A stretch of 63,983 nucleotides of DNA, counting the filler, from Folioceros fuciformis (lineage: Eukaryota), in assembly GCA_049999805.1 (NCBI GenBank). It is 13 parts of 13 records of this genome, joined end to end, with 100 filler letters (N's around TTAATTAATTAA, not from the genome) between each part and the next. Parts side by side here need not be neighbours in the genome. Positions count along the whole stretch, not along the records: positions 56,439 to 62,808 come from JBNGIO010001733.1; positions 62,909 to 63,983 come from JBNGIO010001823.1; 11 more parts are not named here. One strand, 5' to 3'. This document shows, one piece after another, positions 59,783 through 63,983 of the stretch (the first letter of the stretch is position 1; every line of letters starts with the position of its first letter). Made by a program: the position numbers and the translations under genes. The notes under the pieces are model-generated. The model was not told the origin of the DNA. It worked only from the letters and a program-made list of their open reading frames with translations, and searched no databases.

Positions 59783-61768
59783 ATGGATCACATGCTGGGC
59801 ATAGGCTGCCCCACGCTGCCTGCGTTTGAGGACATAAATGAGGTGATCGAGGACACCCGCGACTGTTTGAAGGACCTGAAATTCAACCAGCGGCAGGGCA
59901 GGTTTCTGGTGGAGGTGTTCGAAAAGGTGGGTGATATTACTTGGGTTTGGAGGACCTTTGCGTTCGGGATGGTTTTCACCGACGAGGAGGCTAAGAAAAG
60001 GTTCCGATGTGAGTTCAAGATGGCGACGGGCCCGGCTTTTAAGCTGCTGCTTCATGTGCTGGAGGATGGAAGGGATCTGCTCAATAGCTGCATCGTCCAG
60101 GGCCGGAAAGAGGACTGGCTGCAAAAGGCTATGAAGAGGGCAGACTCGCGGGCCATGTTCGAGGGCATCTTTAGGGGGCTAAGCTGGAGCATTCAGGTGG
60201 TGTATGAGCAGATTCTGGATGTGCTGGAAAGGAGCGGTGTAAGTGCGTTCCTGTGCCAGATGCATCGATGGGATGTCGTGTTGGAGGATATTATTGGGAG
60301 GCTGGGGAGGGAGGCGGAGCAGGATGCCAGGAACCTGGTCGACAAGCTGAATTCGCTTCGGCTGCAACTTGATTCGCAGCTGGCGGAACTTGATTCGCGG
60401 CTGTTGCAAGTGCAGCTGGATCGTGCGACTGTTGACCCCTCCACCGTCAGTCGTAAGTCCTTCCTGGAGCAGGACCGCTACATTGTTAAGTATTTGATGG
60501 AGAAGTTGAGGGATGAGAACAGGCCATTTGCGCAGGACAGGGAGAGGAGCTCTACTGTCCGGGGAAGTGGTGCTGGTGCTAATGGTAGTGAGCGCGGAGC
60601 AGAGAAGATGCCAGAAGCCGGTGACCAGGAAGGGAGAGAAGTGTTGACACTGCCGTCATACTTCTGGGTGGATTTTAAAGAGGTGCAAACCATGTGTAAA
60701 GGCCAGCGTTGGATGGGAGAGGGATCCGGTGGGACTGTTTACGGGATCGAGCGGCTCAGGGAGCCCTATGTTGCCAAGGTTATATCCAGCAACTACAAGA
60801 CCTTCACCACGGAGGGTTCCATTCTGGCATACCTAAGACATCCCAACATTCTGCAGCTGATAAACTGCTCCAAAGACGAGTCCAATGACAATTTCTACCT
60901 GGTGATGGAGCGCATGAAGCAGAACCTACATGACCTCATCAAGAAGTCAGCGCGGTCTCCTCCCTTCTCCCTGAACGTGGCCGTGGACATCATGCTGCAG
61001 ATTGCCAGGGCCATGGAGTACCTGCACCAGAAGGGGGTGATGCACCGGGACCTCAAGTCCTTGAACGTGCTCATCGAGTCCTCTAGGATCTCCACTGACG
61101 AGAGAGACGGCCGGGTGCGGATCAAGGTGGCAGACTTCGGGCTTTCCAAGGTCATCACCGACAACTCAGTATTGAACACCATGGTGGGCACCTCGTACTG
61201 GAGAGCCCCTGAGGTGTTCTCGGAGGAGAAACGCAATTACAGGGTCAGCGCGGACGTCTACAGCTTCGCCATGACCTGCTACGAGATCCTCACCGGAAAC
61301 ATCCCTTTCGACGGCCTCGAAGACGGCGATCTCCGCGACAAGATCTGTCAAGGTGACAGGCCCGAAATACCCGACAAGATCCCGGTCTACCTCTCCAGCT
61401 GCCTCCAGAGTTGGTGGGCTGGAAACCCTTCGGACAGGCCCACCTTCCCCGAAATCTGCCGAATGCTGCAGCACCTCCAGAAAGTCCTGCAGCGAGTCCC
61501 CACTCGGAAGGAGCAAGATTTCCTCCGGGGGAAGCCGGAGGCAGTCAGCTACTCCATCTTCTCCTCCTTCGTACAGAAGGATGTGGAAGAGCTCATCTCC
61601 ATCATGGGCTATGAATGGTGTGAAAACACCGCTGTCGGACCCGACAAAATCCCACATCATCTCTTCCAAGCAGCTGCTTCAAGGTGGAGACAGGGTCACC
61701 CAGATTCCCATCAGCAGGAGCTTGCCTCCTCCATCCTCCCTTCCACGCTCGAACCAGAGCAGCCCTGA
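59783..61768 (+). CDS. TKL/Raf-like protein kinase with N-terminal helical domain (At5g41730-like family), intronless
   Basis: GEGSGG, VAK, HRDLKSLN, VADFG, VGTSYWRAPE, ADVYSFAMTCYEILTG.IPF; N-terminal FNQRQ...C....DW..KA motif. Confidence 0.9.
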   Translation: MDHMLGIGCPTLPAFEDINEVIEDTRDCLKDLKFNQRQGRFLVEVFEKVGDITWVWRTFAFGMVFTDEEAKKRFRCEFKMATGPAFKLLLHVLEDGRDLLNSCIVQGRKEDWLQKAMKRADSRAMFEGIFRGLSWSIQVVYEQILDVLERSGVSAFLCQMHRWDVVLEDIIGRLGREAEQDARNLVDKLNSLRLQLDSQLAELDSRLLQVQLDRATVDPSTVSRKSFLEQDRYIVKYLMEKLRDENRPFAQDRERSSTVRGSGAGANGSERGAEKMPEAGDQEGREVLTLPSYFWVDFKEVQTMCKGQRWMGEGSGGTVYGIERLREPYVAKVISSNYKTFTTEGSILAYLRHPNILQLINCSKDESNDNFYLVMERMKQNLHDLIKKSARSPPFSLNVAVDIMLQIARAMEYLHQKGVMHRDLKSLNVLIESSRISTDERDGRVRIKVADFGLSKVITDNSVLNTMVGTSYWRAPEVFSEEKRNYRVSADVYSFAMTCYEILTGNIPFDGLEDGDLRDKICQGDRPEIPDKIPVYLSSCLQSWWAGNPSDRPTFPEICRMLQHLQKVLQRVPTRKEQDFLRGKPEAVSYSIFSSFVQKDVEELISIMGYEWCENTAVGPDKIPHHLFQAAASRWRQGHPDSHQQELASSILPSTLEPEQP

Positions 61769-62517
61769 GGAATGCCTTTGCTCGGAAGGACACGTTCTGG
61801 TTTTCTCGTCCAGTCTTCTTCACCTAACCAAACCAATTTCTTCACTCTTCCACAGAGCAGAGACGTGCTGATTTCGTTGAATGGATAGGTCTTAGAGACA
61901 AGTCAGGAAGGAAGTTGTGGCAAATGTATATAATTCTTTCATTGAATTCAGAGATTTGTGTGGAAAGTAAGTAACTCTCATTTGGGCAGCATTAACAATC
62001 CTCTTTCTTCCCCTCTGAAGGAAGAACGCATTACCCTACGTACATCGTAGGGTGTACGTAGCCACATACTGTACAGAGTAGGTATGAAGTAGGGCATTGT
62101 GACGTATGCTTCAGCTTCCCGCCAAGAAATAGGAGAAAGACAAAGGCCTCGGTGGCGTTATATGTATGTAAGAGCCGCGACCGGACGGGACGGGACGGGA
62201 CGGCTGATGAGGGATAAAGCTAAAGCGCGCGTCTAGAAGTTCCGGTGGCGGATAGGTAACCTGGCGGAGAGAGGTACGGGTAGATCCGTTTTCCCAAGCA
62301 GAGGCAACAGGTAGGGCAGTGTGGAAGGAAGAAGGGAAGGAAAAGAAAAGTTGCGAGCGACGCTGAGCTGCAGCCCCCTGTCTTGGCCCGCCCGCGTTTG
62401 AATGCGTGAGCTCGCGCTTGTGCGAGCTTCCTGTGTGCGGACGTAGCATTTGTCGCCTCGGCCGGGGCCTTGCTTCCACGTTGCTGCATCTCTGTGAGCT
62501 TGCGGCTGCCAGAAGAG

Positions 62518-62643
62518 ATGGTGGTGGGAGGCAATCAGTCTGGCAAAGGAGCGAAGGGCCTCTTGCTTGGGAAGGGAGCCGACTCTGGTGACAAGAAAGA
62601 CAAAAAGAAGCCGGTGTCCAGGTCCTCACGGGCGGGGCTTCAG
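62518..62643 (+). CDS. H2A.Z: Histone H2A.Z, first exon
   Basis: SGKGAKGLL...DKDKKKPVSRSSRAGLQ-like N-terminus followed by a |gtgagg donor. Confidence 0.9.
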
Positions 62644-62908
62644 GTGAGGGAACGGGGGCCGTTTTCTTGCTGCATCTCGCGTTTTGGCTGCGTTTTGTGT
62701 AGGCATCTTAGCCTTTTCCGGCCGCAATTGAGCCAGTTTAGGCCGTGCGGGTTTAGAGGCGGGTGTGGTGGCCGCCTGGCGGCGAGGCGGGATGAGTAGG
62801 ATGTGGTANNNNNNNNNNNNNNNNNNNNNNNNNNNNNNNNNNNNNNNNNNNNTTAATTAATTAANNNNNNNNNNNNNNNNNNNNNNNNNNNNNNNNNNNN
62901 NNNNNNNN

Positions 62909-63983
62909 TATTTGGGCATTACGTATGCGAGGAGCATTAAGACAAAGAGCATTATCGGATATCGTTGATGGATCCATAACAAGACCAAGGTCTGATGAAG
63001 AACGTGAACTTCATATTTCCTTGGACGCTAGGGATGAGAAGGCACAAGATTTATCGATAAGTGGACTCTCTCAACAAATGATTAGGCATGTTGCACATGC
63101 AAAAACATCTCATGAAATGTGGTCTCACCTTGCTCAATTATATTCATCACAAGATGTAATGAGTATTGTGGCAGCCTCTCGTAATTTCCGTAACTTGTCC
63201 ATGAAAGAATTCGATACAATTGAACATCATATTAATGCTTTTAGACAAGCACGCTCCCAAGTTGAATCTGCAACTGGTGTTCCTATATCAGAGATGGAAG
63301 CTTATGTCACTCTTCTATCTTCATTGCCTTCCTCCTATCGTCCATTCATCACTACTCAAAACGCAGTTATACGTAATTCACGGAGAGCTGCAGATGATGG
63401 CACAAAAGGGTTTGACATAAGTGTTTCTGAATTGATCGGAGATGATCACAACCTGCCTATCGAAGGTACTGGTTCTGTTGTAATGACATGTGATTCTGGA
63501 CAAGTCCTTCACCTCCACCAAGTCCTCCATGTTCCATCAATGTGCAAGAATTTATTATCAGTTGCAAGTATCTGTCAAACCCATTCTATGCAGGTGACCC
63601 TCTTTACAGATAGTTGTTGTCTCTCTTATGTAGGTGATAGCAATCATATCATTTGTAGTGGTACTTTAGAAGATGGCCTTATAAATTGTCTGTCCTAGTA
63701 GGAGGTCAACAATCTGCTCATGTTGCCAGTTCTTCGCCTCAAAGTCCCTCTCCCACAATGTTATGGCATTGTCGTCTTGGTCATCCAAATAGTCAAAAAT
63801 TAGTACAAATGTCTAAGGCAGGAAATTTCTACCGCACACCCTGCCTCTCTCACATTCAACACCTCTCATGGTGTGAAACTTGTGTCATTACCAAAAGACA
63901 TCAAGCCCCCTTTAAGAACATCTCCCCACAGAGGGCGAAATGTCCTCTAGAGCTTGTTCATACAGATATTTGTGGCCCTATCT
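62909..63983 (+). mobile_element. Ty1/Copia gag-pol 5' part with an internal deletion
   Basis: Gag UBN2-like (HEMWSHL...LLSSLPSSYRPF) joined directly to late protease (IEGTG...VLHVP...NLLSV), with no zinc knuckle or DSG site; then LWHCRLGH, CxxC and LELVHTDICGP. Confidence 0.92.

Noticed and set aside
1-63983. Window-wide biosynthetic cluster (BURP, PPO, HPPD, GT29, GT90)
   Set aside because: Apart from PPO and HPPD, the genes lie on different contigs joined by artificial linkers.

Overview
Eukaryotic nuclear DNA. The window is 13 short contig segments joined by 12 artificial 100-nt linkers (44 N + TTAATTAATTAA + 44 N), so adjacency across linkers means nothing by itself. Gene content points to a non-seed land plant with flagellated sperm and organellar RNA editing: CCDC39, a long PLS-E PPR with a WW-type PG box, and ~100-nt introns. 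A hornwort is favoured, but that is inference. Host genes recognised: BURP domain, intronless type II inositol polyphosphate 5-phosphatase, KH-domain polyQ protein, two polyphenol oxidase copies, HPPD, GT29 sialyltransferase-like, CCDC39, GT90, RPL23a, DUF789-like, divergent LOB fusion, PLS-PPR, PTPLA, helical-domain kinase and H2A.Z. Mobile elements: a pogo/DDE_1 remnant, three PIF/Harbinger-type elements (one fully delimited, with 17-bp TIRs and AAT TSD), three Copia fragments and LTRs. Most notable observations: (1) the same element terminus inserted 37 nt apart in the integrase C-terminal region of two divergent Copia elements, suggesting target preference; (2) a fungal-like Pangu-type transposon; (3) a LOB domain fused to an unknown domain and Pol II CTD-like heptads; (4) an atypical secreted PPO; (5) a BURP domain with intact CH motifs. 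All calls are by eye; no database searches were run.
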